The position numbers and the translations under genes are program-made. Below are positions 17,797-25,688 of a stretch of DNA of 37,435 nucleotides, in pieces. Each line of letters opens with the position of its first letter. The first letter of the stretch is position 1. The notes under the pieces are model-generated. The model was given only the letters and a program-made list of their open reading frames with translations. It did not search any database and was not told the origin of the DNA. The DNA lies in the IMG/VR virus record IMGVR_UViG_3300032312_002180, positions 1 to 37,435 of that record. One strand, 5' to 3'. This DNA comes from a virus (Duplodnaviria; Caudoviricetes).

Positions 17797-17801
17797 TAAA
17801 G

Positions 17802-18014
17802 ATGGATGAGAAGTATTTTGTTGCGAAAGTAACATATGATTTACCTGACGATAATACGGGTAAAATTAAAAAAATCAGAGAAGAAAAACTTGTTAAAGGT
17901 TATTCTGTAACAGATGTCGAGGCGAAAGTTACAAAAAAATACGAGAGTTTTTCTTATGATTGGAGAATAACTTCAGTATCGGAAAGTAAAATAGATGAAG
18001 TTATCGAAGGTTAA
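17802..18014 (+). CDS. DUF4494-like small protein
   Basis: YFVAKVTY..GKIKKIREEKLVKGYSVTDVEAKV resembles one repeat of the Bacteroidota DUF4494 family (from memory). Confidence 0.6.
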   Translation: MDEKYFVAKVTYDLPDDNTGKIKKIREEKLVKGYSVTDVEAKVTKKYESFSYDWRITSVSESKIDEVIEG

Positions 18015-18022
18015 AAATCTAT

Positions 18023-18050
18023 AAAGTGGTCAAATTTGACCACTTTTTTT
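18023..18050 (+). terminator. Intrinsic terminator (perfect 24-bp palindrome plus U-tract)
   Basis: AAAGTGGTCAAATTTGACCACTTT followed by TTTT. Confidence 0.8.
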
Positions 18051-18114
18051 ATGCTTATTATTTAATAATTTATTCAGAATAACTTACAAAATAAACTTTT
18101 TTCAACAAAGGAAC

Positions 18115-18122
18115 TATTTATT
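18115..18122 (+). promoter_or_regulatory. Putative late promoter of the scaffold-capsid transcript
   Basis: TATTTATT downstream of a terminator and 19 nt upstream of ATG 18142. Confidence 0.6.
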
Positions 18123-18141
18123 GAGTAAATAAAAAATAATT

Positions 18142-19656
18142 ATGCAAGAAAATAAGAATCTTGTTGAAGAGGCACTTATTCAAATGAAAAATGTTGAAGA
18201 AGCTATCGCCGAAAATGCAAAAGGAATACTTGCTTCTACTATGAAGGAAGAAATCAACCAATTAGTAAAAGAATCTCTTACTGAACAAGAAGAGTTGGAT
18301 TTAGATGCAGAAGTTGATACGACTGATGCTGATGACGAAGATGATACAGATGTATCTTTAGATACTAACTTCTCTGACGATGACTCAGATGAGATGGAAG
18401 TAGATATGGATATGAAGGTTGACTCTGATAATCCAATGGATTTACGTGACGCATCCGACGAGTTTATTTTGAAAGTATTTAAGTCTATGGGTGAAGATGA
18501 CGGTATCATCGTAAAAAAAGATGGTGACGACATTCATTTGACTGACAATAATACAGATTCAGAATATCTTGTACAGCTCGGTGAATCTGAAGAAGAAAAT
18601 TATGAAAATATGGAATACAACGAAGAAGAAGACAAAGAGGTTCAAGACGTAATAGATGCTATTTTCTCCGACAGTTCTGATGTTTCTGATTATTCAGGTT
18701 CAGACGATACTATGGGTGACGAAGAAGTTGTTTACGAAATTGAATTTACTGAAGACGATGATTCTGACGATGAAATCGAAGAGTCTGAAGAAATGGACGA
18801 ATCTGATGATATGGAAGAGTCTGAAGAAATGGACGAATCTGATGATATGGAAGAGTCTGAAGAAATGGACGAATCTGATGATATGGAAGAGTCTGAAGAA
18901 ATGGACGAAGAAGATTTGCAGATGGACGAATCTTATAACCATAAGAAGTCAAAGAGAGTAGAAACAAAAGAAAGTAAAATGTCCGTTAAACCTAAAGGTG
19001 TTGGAATGGGTAAAGCTAAATTCTCATATAAGAAATCATCAGGTGGTTTCAGTGAGGACAAAAAAGAAGGTCCTAAAACTATGGGAACAGGCAAAGCCAA
19101 ATTCGAATACAAGAAAGGTGAAAACATGGAAGGTACAATGAAACCTTTGAGAAAGAAAGTTGAAACTAAAGAGGCGGCTCGTTCTTACGCTTTCGGTTCT
19201 AAAGACAAATCGAGAGGTCTTAGAAAAGGAGTTACTCCTAATAGGAATTTAACTTTCGAGTCATTGGAAACAGAAGTTAGTTCTTTGAGAGAAAAGAACG
19301 AAGAGTACAGAAAAGCATTAAATGTGTTTAGAGAGAAACTTAACGAAGTTGCTATTTTTAACTCTAATCTAGCATATGCTACAAGACTTTTCACTGAACA
19401 CTCAACAACTAAAAAAGAAAAAATAAACATTCTTAGAAGATTCGACGATGTTGATTCGATTAAAGAGTCTAAAGGACTTTATAAAGTTATCAAAGAAGAA
19501 TTAACTAAGACTGATACAAAATCACTAAATGAATCTGTTGGTAACAAACTAACAAAATCAGTACAATCAGGTTCATCGACTACTCTAATCGAAAGTAAAA
19601 CTTACGAAAATCCTCAATTTATGAGAATTAAAGATTTGATTACTAAGATAGGGTAA
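18142..19656 (+). CDS. Prohead scaffolding/core protein (T4 gp22-like position)
   Basis: Directly upstream of the major capsid gene; very acidic centre, coiled-coil C-terminus, many L/I-x-E sites. Confidence 0.8.
   Translation: MQENKNLVEEALIQMKNVEEAIAENAKGILASTMKEEINQLVKESLTEQEELDLDAEVDTTDADDEDDTDVSLDTNFSDDDSDEMEVDMDMKVDSDNPMDLRDASDEFILKVFKSMGEDDGIIVKKDGDDIHLTDNNTDSEYLVQLGESEEENYENMEYNEEEDKEVQDVIDAIFSDSSDVSDYSGSDDTMGDEEVVYEIEFTEDDDSDDEIEESEEMDESDDMEESEEMDESDDMEESEEMDESDDMEESEEMDEEDLQMDESYNHKKSKRVETKESKMSVKPKGVGMGKAKFSYKKSSGGFSEDKKEGPKTMGTGKAKFEYKKGENMEGTMKPLRKKVETKEAARSYAFGSKDKSRGLRKGVTPNRNLTFESLETEVSSLREKNEEYRKALNVFREKLNEVAIFNSNLAYATRLFTEHSTTKKEKINILRRFDDVDSIKESKGLYKVIKEELTKTDTKSLNESVGNKLTKSVQSGSSTTLIESKTYENPQFMRIKDLITKIG
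18778..18909 (+). repeat. Perfect 36-bp coding tandem repeat, about 3.7 copies (EESEEMDESDDM)
   Basis: GAAGAGTCTGAAGAAATGGACGAATCTGATGATATG at 18778, 18814 and 18850, partial at 18886. Confidence 0.95.
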
Positions 19657-19693
19657 AAAAAATAAATAAACAAGAAAAAATAAATTTCACAAC

Positions 19694-21496
19694 ATGGGAG
19701 CTTTATTAGAATCAGGTCTTGTTGGTAACATCGGTCTTAAGCACCTTAAAGTTATCAAAGAAGACACAATCAACAAATGGAATGGCCTAGGTTTCTTAGA
19801 GGGACTTAAAGGTCACATGAAAGAGAACGTTGCTCAACTTTATGAGAACCAAGCGTCTCACTTAATCAACGAAGCATCAACAACTGCTGACTCAGGTGCT
19901 TTCGAAACTGTCGTATTTCCAATCATCAGAAGAGTTTTCTCTAAGTTATTGGCTAACGACATCGTATCAGTACAAGCAATGAACTTACCAATCGGTAAAT
20001 TGTTCTATTTTGTACCTAACATCCAAAATTATGCAGCTGAAAATGCACACTACTCACCTTACGGAGCACCAAATGGCCCAGCTGACCCTAACACAGGATA
20101 TGACTGGAACACTGGAAGAGACCTTTATGATAGATTTTATGAAGGTAATGAGCCAGCGTTAGACCCTCCAGGTCTTTTCGATTATTCTAAAGGTCAGTTT
20201 TCTGCTATAACAGGTGGCGCAGTAACAGCGAGTTGGAATAGCACAACATTAAATCTAGACCCTGCAGCATACACTGTGGGAGGTGGTCCTGATGGTGGTG
20301 CTTACAGAAAAGTGTTGATTATTATGTCAGGTTTTGCTCAAGTAGCGGCTGGTAAGTTAATCGGACCAGATGGTAATCCAATGGACAATGAATCATTCTT
20401 GTCTGATTTGACTATTTACGGTTCTTCTCAAAATGCTTACACATCAGGAAACACAACAAATCCTTATCTTTTCAGAGTTGTAACTCAAAGATATGGTAAA
20501 GGAATCGTTCAGTATGGTAGTAATAACGACATATTGACGTTTCCAGGTTCAAAAACAGGTGGAGGAGCTTACGATAACATCTGTGACGTAAACGGTCTTA
20601 TCTATCTTGAGGTTGACCTTCAAGTACCTTGTACTGTAGGACAAAACTCACTTGACGGATATTCAGGTTCAACTTTCGCTTCTTCAACAGCAGTAAACAA
20701 CGCGTTTGTTCCTGTTTATAGAATCTACAAGAATCTTGAATTCGAAGATAAAATCGGTGAGGTTTCATTTGACCTTCAATCAGTAACAGTTTCTGTAACT
20801 GAAAGAAAATTAAGAGCACAATGGTCACCAGAAATGGCACAAGACGTTGCTGCATTCCACAACATCGACGCTGAAGCTGAATTGACAGCTTTATTGTCTG
20901 AGCAAGTTGCTGCTGAAATCGATAGAGAAATCTTGAGAGACCTTAGAAAAGGTGCGGCTTGGAACTTGAGATGGGATTACAACGGTTGGAAGAGACTCGG
21001 AACTAACGCTGTTCCTTATACTCAGAAAGACTGGAACCAAACTCTTATCACTGCAATCAACCAAATTTCAGCTCAAATCCATAAGTCTACTCTTAGAGGT
21101 GGTGCTAACTGGATTGTTGTATCTTCTGAAATCAGTGCAATTTTTGATGACTTGGAGTATTTCCACGTTTCAAACGCAGCTCCTGAACAAGACCAATACA
21201 ACATGGGTATTGAAAGAGTTGGTACACTTGCAGGTAGATATCAAGTCTACAGAGACCCTTACTTCCCAGCTAACCAAGTTCTTCTTGGTCACAAAGGAAC
21301 GTCTCTTCTTGACACTGGTTACATCTACGCACCATATGTACCTTTACAACTTACTCCAACAATGTACAATCCGTTCAACTTCACACCAATCAAAGGTATC
21401 ATGACTAGATACGCTAAGAAAATGGTGAACAACAGATTCTATGGTAGAATCACAGTTGACGGTGTAAGAACATTTGACTTGAGAGAGTTGAGATAG
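19694..21496 (+). CDS. Major capsid protein (T4 gp23-like)
   Basis: LYENQ, FPIIRRVF, VSVQAMNLPIG, RKLRAQWSPEMAQD, DAEAEL, EIDREI, YAPYVPL, GIMTRY; C-ending codon bias typical of high expression. Confidence 0.96.
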   Translation: MGALLESGLVGNIGLKHLKVIKEDTINKWNGLGFLEGLKGHMKENVAQLYENQASHLINEASTTADSGAFETVVFPIIRRVFSKLLANDIVSVQAMNLPIGKLFYFVPNIQNYAAENAHYSPYGAPNGPADPNTGYDWNTGRDLYDRFYEGNEPALDPPGLFDYSKGQFSAITGGAVTASWNSTTLNLDPAAYTVGGGPDGGAYRKVLIIMSGFAQVAAGKLIGPDGNPMDNESFLSDLTIYGSSQNAYTSGNTTNPYLFRVVTQRYGKGIVQYGSNNDILTFPGSKTGGGAYDNICDVNGLIYLEVDLQVPCTVGQNSLDGYSGSTFASSTAVNNAFVPVYRIYKNLEFEDKIGEVSFDLQSVTVSVTERKLRAQWSPEMAQDVAAFHNIDAEAELTALLSEQVAAEIDREILRDLRKGAAWNLRWDYNGWKRLGTNAVPYTQKDWNQTLITAINQISAQIHKSTLRGGANWIVVSSEISAIFDDLEYFHVSNAAPEQDQYNMGIERVGTLAGRYQVYRDPYFPANQVLLGHKGTSLLDTGYIYAPYVPLQLTPTMYNPFNFTPIKGIMTRYAKKMVNNRFYGRITVDGVRTFDLRELR

Positions 21497-21517
21497 TATA
21501 TCTTTAACCAAAATACC

Positions 21518-21545
21518 AAAAGGGTCCTTCGGGACCCTTTTTTTT
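21518..21545 (+). terminator. Intrinsic terminator after the capsid gene
   Basis: AAAAGGGTCC-TTCG-GGACCC-T8 (cUUCGg tetraloop). Confidence 0.92.
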
Positions 21546-21556
21546 GTTTTATGAAG

Positions 21557-21564
21557 TATTTATA
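21557..21564 (+). promoter_or_regulatory. Putative phage late promoter TATTTATA
   Basis: Just after the capsid terminator, 14 nt upstream of ATG 21579. Confidence 0.62.
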
Positions 21565-21578
21565 GTAAAGTTTTTAAT

Positions 21579-22625
21579 ATGATTAAGCAAACATGGGTTG
21601 TGAGTGATGATGAAAAAAGGAGAATTATATCACTTCACGAAAATGCAACAAAAAGACAATATTTGATAAAAGAACAAGATAGTGGTAGTACAGTAAATGA
21701 AAAATCTTGGACTTTATGTGAAACGATTATTTCACAGTCAGGTGATAAGTATTTTGCAAAATTATCTGACGGACAGACAATAGAAATACCAAAACTAAGC
21801 CAAGTTTCAGGAACTATTCAGCGTGGGCAATTAATGTTAAGTCAAGTCACACAAAATGGACTAACTGTTGGTAAACTCATGAGTTCTACAACAACTTGTC
21901 TAAATAAAAGCCCTTTGGCGAAATATGGAAATTATGAGTGGTTCTGTTATTATGATGATTTGAGTAGAACTTTAGTTGGCGAGAGAGGTCAAGAAAAATA
22001 TGTCAATAACCATAAACCGATATACGGTGTATTGGCATCAGATGGTAGTTTAAAAATAGGACTTGATTTTGCACCTGAAGAAATATTAAAAGATAAAAAC
22101 GGTTTAACTTTACAATACGGGGTTAGTAGGTCAAAATCATTTGTATTTGAGGTTTCTCCGGCAATGGAGGGAAATCCTGTAGTTGAAGGAGAAGGACCGG
22201 TTACACCAACTAATCCTCAAACAGAGACTATTGAATTAAACATTGAAAGTCCATTTGTTTTTGATAGAACAAATTTAACTCCCGAAGCTCAACAAAAATT
22301 CAATCAGTTTGTTGAGGACGTTAAGAAAAACTATCAAGGAGTTTCAGGTAATGTTGATGTTATAACATCCGCATCCATTGATGCAGACCCTGTACAGAAA
22401 CAACAATATAATATGGATTTATCAACAAGAAGGGCAAATACAATTATTGAATTATTAAAATCTTCTTTGGGTAAAACATCCCTCACCTTTACACCAAGGC
22501 CGATAGGGCAAACAGACCAGTTTGCACCAGGAATGAAATGGCCTGAAATAAAAGATAATAACAGAACATCACCAAATAGAAGATTGATTATTAAATTACC
22601 CAAAATAACAAGAGAAGTTAAATAA
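21579..22625 (+). CDS. Protein with C-terminal OmpA-like peptidoglycan-binding domain
   Basis: FVFDRTNLTPEAQ, YNMDLSTRRANT and NRRLII are OmpA_C signatures; no signal peptide. Confidence 0.82.
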   Translation: MIKQTWVVSDDEKRRIISLHENATKRQYLIKEQDSGSTVNEKSWTLCETIISQSGDKYFAKLSDGQTIEIPKLSQVSGTIQRGQLMLSQVTQNGLTVGKLMSSTTTCLNKSPLAKYGNYEWFCYYDDLSRTLVGERGQEKYVNNHKPIYGVLASDGSLKIGLDFAPEEILKDKNGLTLQYGVSRSKSFVFEVSPAMEGNPVVEGEGPVTPTNPQTETIELNIESPFVFDRTNLTPEAQQKFNQFVEDVKKNYQGVSGNVDVITSASIDADPVQKQQYNMDLSTRRANTIIELLKSSLGKTSLTFTPRPIGQTDQFAPGMKWPEIKDNNRTSPNRRLIIKLPKITREVK

Positions 22626-22629
22626 CTAC

Positions 22630-22660
22630 AAACCCCACTTAAATGTGGGGTTTCTTTTTT
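22630..22660. terminator. Terminator between convergent genes
   Basis: AAACCCCAC-ttaaat-GTGGGGTTT followed by CTTTTTT. Confidence 0.8.
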
Positions 22661-23075
22661 AGTTCAATATATAGATTGATAAATCCTCAATGTCTTTATT
22701 GTTAGTGGAATACAAAATAATTATCTTATTTGGTTTTTCGGTTTTGAACCCATTAATTTTTTTATATTCACTCAATTTAGATACCCCCCCAAACTTAGAC
22801 CAATTGATGTAAGTGTAGGTATGATTTGATAGATAATCTTTTGTTGTATATTTCGAATAGGTTTCGTCATATTTTATTCTATAGAAAGATGATGTATCTA
22901 CATTATTGTTTCGAAATATCTTTTCTAATTCAATACGAGAATTAGTGGTTAGTTTTTGAATCAAGTTGTGTTCATAATTGCCGAAACAGTATGTTTCCAA
23001 TTCAATCGGGTGTGATTGTGAATATGAAAATACAATTATATGTGAGAAAAAGAGTAACAAAAATATTTTTTTCAT
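22659..23075 (-). CDS. Secreted hypothetical protein with Sec signal peptide
   Basis: MKKIFLLLFFSHIIVFSYS|Q is a typical Bacteroidota signal peptide with Gln at +1. Confidence 0.72.
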   Translation of the reverse strand: MKKIFLLLFFSHIIVFSYSQSHPIELETYCFGNYEHNLIQKLTTNSRIELEKIFRNNNVDTSSFYRIKYDETYSKYTTKDYLSNHTYTYINWSKFGGVSKLSEYKKINGFKTEKPNKIIILYSTNNKDIEDLSIYILN

Positions 23076-23294
23076 TCTTAATATTTTATTTACAATAATA
23101 TAAAATTTTTTTTAAAAAAAAAATTATTTATCAATATCGCGAATAAAGTGTTTTTAGAACGATTCCTTGACATTAATAAAAAGTTTGAGTTAGTACTTGC
23201 AGAGTCGAAAATACCTCCTAAAACAGGTCTAAAATTGATTTATACAGGAATGTTTTGGTTGGAGCTCTATAAAAAAAATATAATAAAATAAAGT

Positions 23295-23510
23295 TTAAGA
23301 AAAAAGGGTCACGTGAGACCCTTTTTTTATCGAACAATATTTGGTTTTGTATCCAAAATATAAACAACGCAATAATATTAATTCCTGTCTTTTAGGTTCA
23401 AAAAAATCATCACGGACGGGTTTATGTCCGTCAAATATTAACTTAGTGTTCTCACTCTCCAATTGGATTATTCTCGACATTATCTGTGTCCTGTCTTGTT
23501 GTGTCATCAT
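23295..23510 (-). CDS. Possible small hypothetical protein (71 aa)
   Basis: Overlaps the upstream gene by 59 nt and runs through a terminator; uncertain. Confidence 0.4.
   Translation of the reverse strand: MMTQQDRTQIMSRIIQLESENTKLIFDGHKPVRDDFFEPKRQELILLRCLYFGYKTKYCSIKKGSHVTLFS
23300..23328. terminator. Bidirectional intrinsic terminator
   Basis: A6-GGGTC-acgtga-GACCC-T7. Confidence 0.8.
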
Positions 23511-23727
23511 AAGAATATATTTCTTTATTAAGTATTCTCAAACATTTAGAAATTATCTCAGATTCGGTCAAACTGAAAACATTTTTTGAATGTGCCATTA
23601 CGAGAGCTTGTGACAAAATGAATATACTATTATTTAACTCCAAATTATCAATAATCTGTTCTACGGATTCTTCTGAATAATAAGCCATAGTCTCAAATAA
23701 GAACCCTAAAGGTTGTTTGCTTTCCAT
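23452..23727 (-). CDS. Hypothetical protein (91 aa)
   Basis: Helical-looking ORF (VFSLTESEIISKCLRIL). Confidence 0.7.
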   Translation of the reverse strand: MESKQPLGFLFETMAYYSEESVEQIIDNLELNNSIFILSQALVMAHSKNVFSLTESEIISKCLRILNKEIYSYDDTTRQDTDNVENNPIGE

Positions 23728-23740
23728 ATATTTATATTAT

Positions 23741-24460
23741 ATGAATAAAAAACGTATTAGTGAAGTAACTGGGTCATCTAGTTCAGGAAATTTCAAAGTT
23801 CCAATAGTTTTGGCGCCTGAATTATGGAAAGAAGACCAACTTGCACCTTTCACAAAGCAAGTTTCTAACTACTCAAATGCGGAACTCGCATATGAAGAAA
23901 TGGATGGTGATTTCAAACAATCACCACAAGAAAGAACCAAAATAGAAAATAAAACAAAAAAAATATCAAAATTGGACCAATATCTTAAAAAATTTTATAC
24001 AGGACAAACCGATGAGGACGGTGGTAATATTACAGATATAGAATCCCCTTCAGAAATAATTGATAAAGTAGTTGGTCCTCTCAAAGAAGAAAAATCATTT
24101 TTGAAAGAAGATTTAGCGGTTTGGTTTGGAACCAAGAAAAAACCTAAAGGTAGTAAACAACCTTCAGGGCCTTGGGTTAACATATGTAGGAAAAAAGAAG
24201 GTGGTGGTCACCCTCCATGTGGTAGGTCAGAGGCCAAAAGCAGTTCTTATCCAAAATGTAGAGCAAGAAGTGTTGCAGCGAAGATGACGGACTCTCAAAA
24301 GAAATCGGCATGTGCTCAAAAAAGACGTGAAGAAAAGACCAACCCAAAAACAGGTACAGGTAACAAACCTAAAATGGTGTCATACAAACCAAGAAAAACA
24401 GAGTCCGTTAAAGACTTAATTAAGAAATTATTAAAAGAACATTTATCAAATAGACTCTAA
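23741..24460 (+). CDS. Hypothetical protein with basic Cys-rich C-terminal module, probable internal head protein
   Basis: Start moved to ATG 23741, after TATTTATA (23729-23736). Contains EDLAVWFG, WVNIC, PCGRS and YPKC. Confidence 0.75.
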   Translation: MNKKRISEVTGSSSSGNFKVPIVLAPELWKEDQLAPFTKQVSNYSNAELAYEEMDGDFKQSPQERTKIENKTKKISKLDQYLKKFYTGQTDEDGGNITDIESPSEIIDKVVGPLKEEKSFLKEDLAVWFGTKKKPKGSKQPSGPWVNICRKKEGGGHPPCGRSEAKSSSYPKCRARSVAAKMTDSQKKSACAQKRREEKTNPKTGTGNKPKMVSYKPRKTESVKDLIKKLLKEHLSNRL

Positions 24461-24853
24461 AATATTTTTTAAAGAGTTTTGTATATTCATTCTAAACTCT
24501 GTTTCTAAAGAGATTCTTATGGTGTCTAATTTATTATCGAACTCTGATATAATCTCTTTATATGCATCAGTATCCTCAATAACCAAGGTGTAACTATATA
24601 TGTGATTAATAATATTAATCACCATATTTTCAATCATGATGAACATTCTGAGTTCATCATTTTTGATAAATCTTTTTTGTGATAGAGGTGCTAAAGTTAA
24701 AACAGAACTTTCGTTCTCGATTAATTTTTTTACTATCTTAAGACAAAATTTTTCTTCCTCGGTTATTGGGGGCTTAGGGTCAAATTTATCTTGTAGATAA
24801 AGATAAATTTTGTACATAAGTTTAGGTATGTATCCTACAACATTTGTTTTCAT
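24446..24853 (-). CDS. Hypothetical protein (135 aa)
   Basis: Clean ORF with a Bacteroidota promoter directly upstream. Confidence 0.75.
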   Translation of the reverse strand: MKTNVVGYIPKLMYKIYLYLQDKFDPKPPITEEEKFCLKIVKKLIENESSVLTLAPLSQKRFIKNDELRMFIMIENMVINIINHIYSYTLVIEDTDAYKEIISEFDNKLDTIRISLETEFRMNIQNSLKNILESI

Positions 24854-24857
24854 GTTG

Positions 24858-24888
24858 CAAATATAGTCATTTTAAGAGTTATTAACAA
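24858..24888 (-). promoter_or_regulatory. Bacteroidota-type promoter
   Basis: TTG (24888-24886), 20 nt spacer, TATATTTG (24865-24858), 4 nt before the ATG. Confidence 0.6.
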
Positions 24889-25688
24889 TAAGAACCCGAA
24901 CAATGTTTTTTCCCGTCCAATCCAGGTTGGTCGCCTTTACATACTTGTACTCCGTATCCGTTAGCATATGCTGAAGGATAAACTTTGAATTTTGCCTTTG
25001 CTGCTGATTTGCCTCTTGCACATAATTTTGTTCCTGTTTTTTTTCTACCTTCAGTTATGTCTTCATATTCTATATATGATTTCATTTTCTTTGTTTCATT
25101 CATCAGAAAGTCGAAAACTTGGTCCATGTTTGTTTTAGCTTCACTTATATGGTCATCCGCCCAATCATGTCCGTTTTGGATAATTTCATCAACCATACTA
25201 GGGTCCATTTCTAAAAGAGCATCAATTTGTCTTTTCATTTGTTCTAAATTAGAAAAAAACATATAATTTTCTTCTCTTTGTTCCGATAAAACTTTTTTTA
25301 TAATATTTGTCAAATCAGATTCCGTTAATTTTACAACTTTTTCCATAATTTTTGGTTTTACTTTTCTTGCGTGTACATAAATCACTCCTATCAACTCTTT
25401 GGATTCAAAAGGAGGTTCCATGTTTATTTTTGTTGCGTCATTTGCAAAATTTATCAATTGAGTTAATTGTTTCGAGTTAATTTTTCTTTCTCTACCTGAC
25501 CTACCAGTAAGTATTAGACCATCGTTAGTTATTTCTAACTTTGCAATATTAATTTCAAAGTTTTTTAATTTACTTTCACCCCTCAACTCAATATGTACGG
25601 GAATATTTTGTCTATTGAATATTATTAAGTCTCCTGTTTTTGGGTCGAAAGTTATTTTTGTTTCTCCTAAGTTTACCAAGTCAGCCAT
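24882..25688 (-). CDS. Two-part hypothetical protein with probable internal start at 25346
   Basis: Second half begins MEKVVKLTESDLTNIIKKVLSEQ and ends in a Cys-rich KFKVYPSAYANGY module. Confidence 0.7.
   Translation of the reverse strand: MADLVNLGETKITFDPKTGDLIIFNRQNIPVHIELRGESKLKNFEINIAKLEITNDGLILTGRSGRERKINSKQLTQLINFANDATKINMEPPFESKELIGVIYVHARKVKPKIMEKVVKLTESDLTNIIKKVLSEQREENYMFFSNLEQMKRQIDALLEMDPSMVDEIIQNGHDWADDHISEAKTNMDQVFDFLMNETKKMKSYIEYEDITEGRKKTGTKLCARGKSAAKAKFKVYPSAYANGYGVQVCKGDQPGLDGKKHCSGSYC

Noticed and set aside
18778-18909. 36-bp repeats as a CRISPR array
   Set aside because: Head-to-tail with no spacers, and in frame within the scaffold gene.
8640-19430. Numerous minus-strand ORFs opposite head-module genes (e.g. 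8640, 10281, 18180, 18700, 18746)
   Set aside because: Ser/Phe-rich antisense shadows of Glu/Lys-rich or repetitive genes; only bS21 has a recognisable product.
21494-21578. Stop-codon reassignment or capsid read-through (TAG ends both capsid and terminase)
   Set aside because: Core genes are full-length in code 11, TAG and TGA fall at expected ends, and a strong terminator follows the capsid stop.
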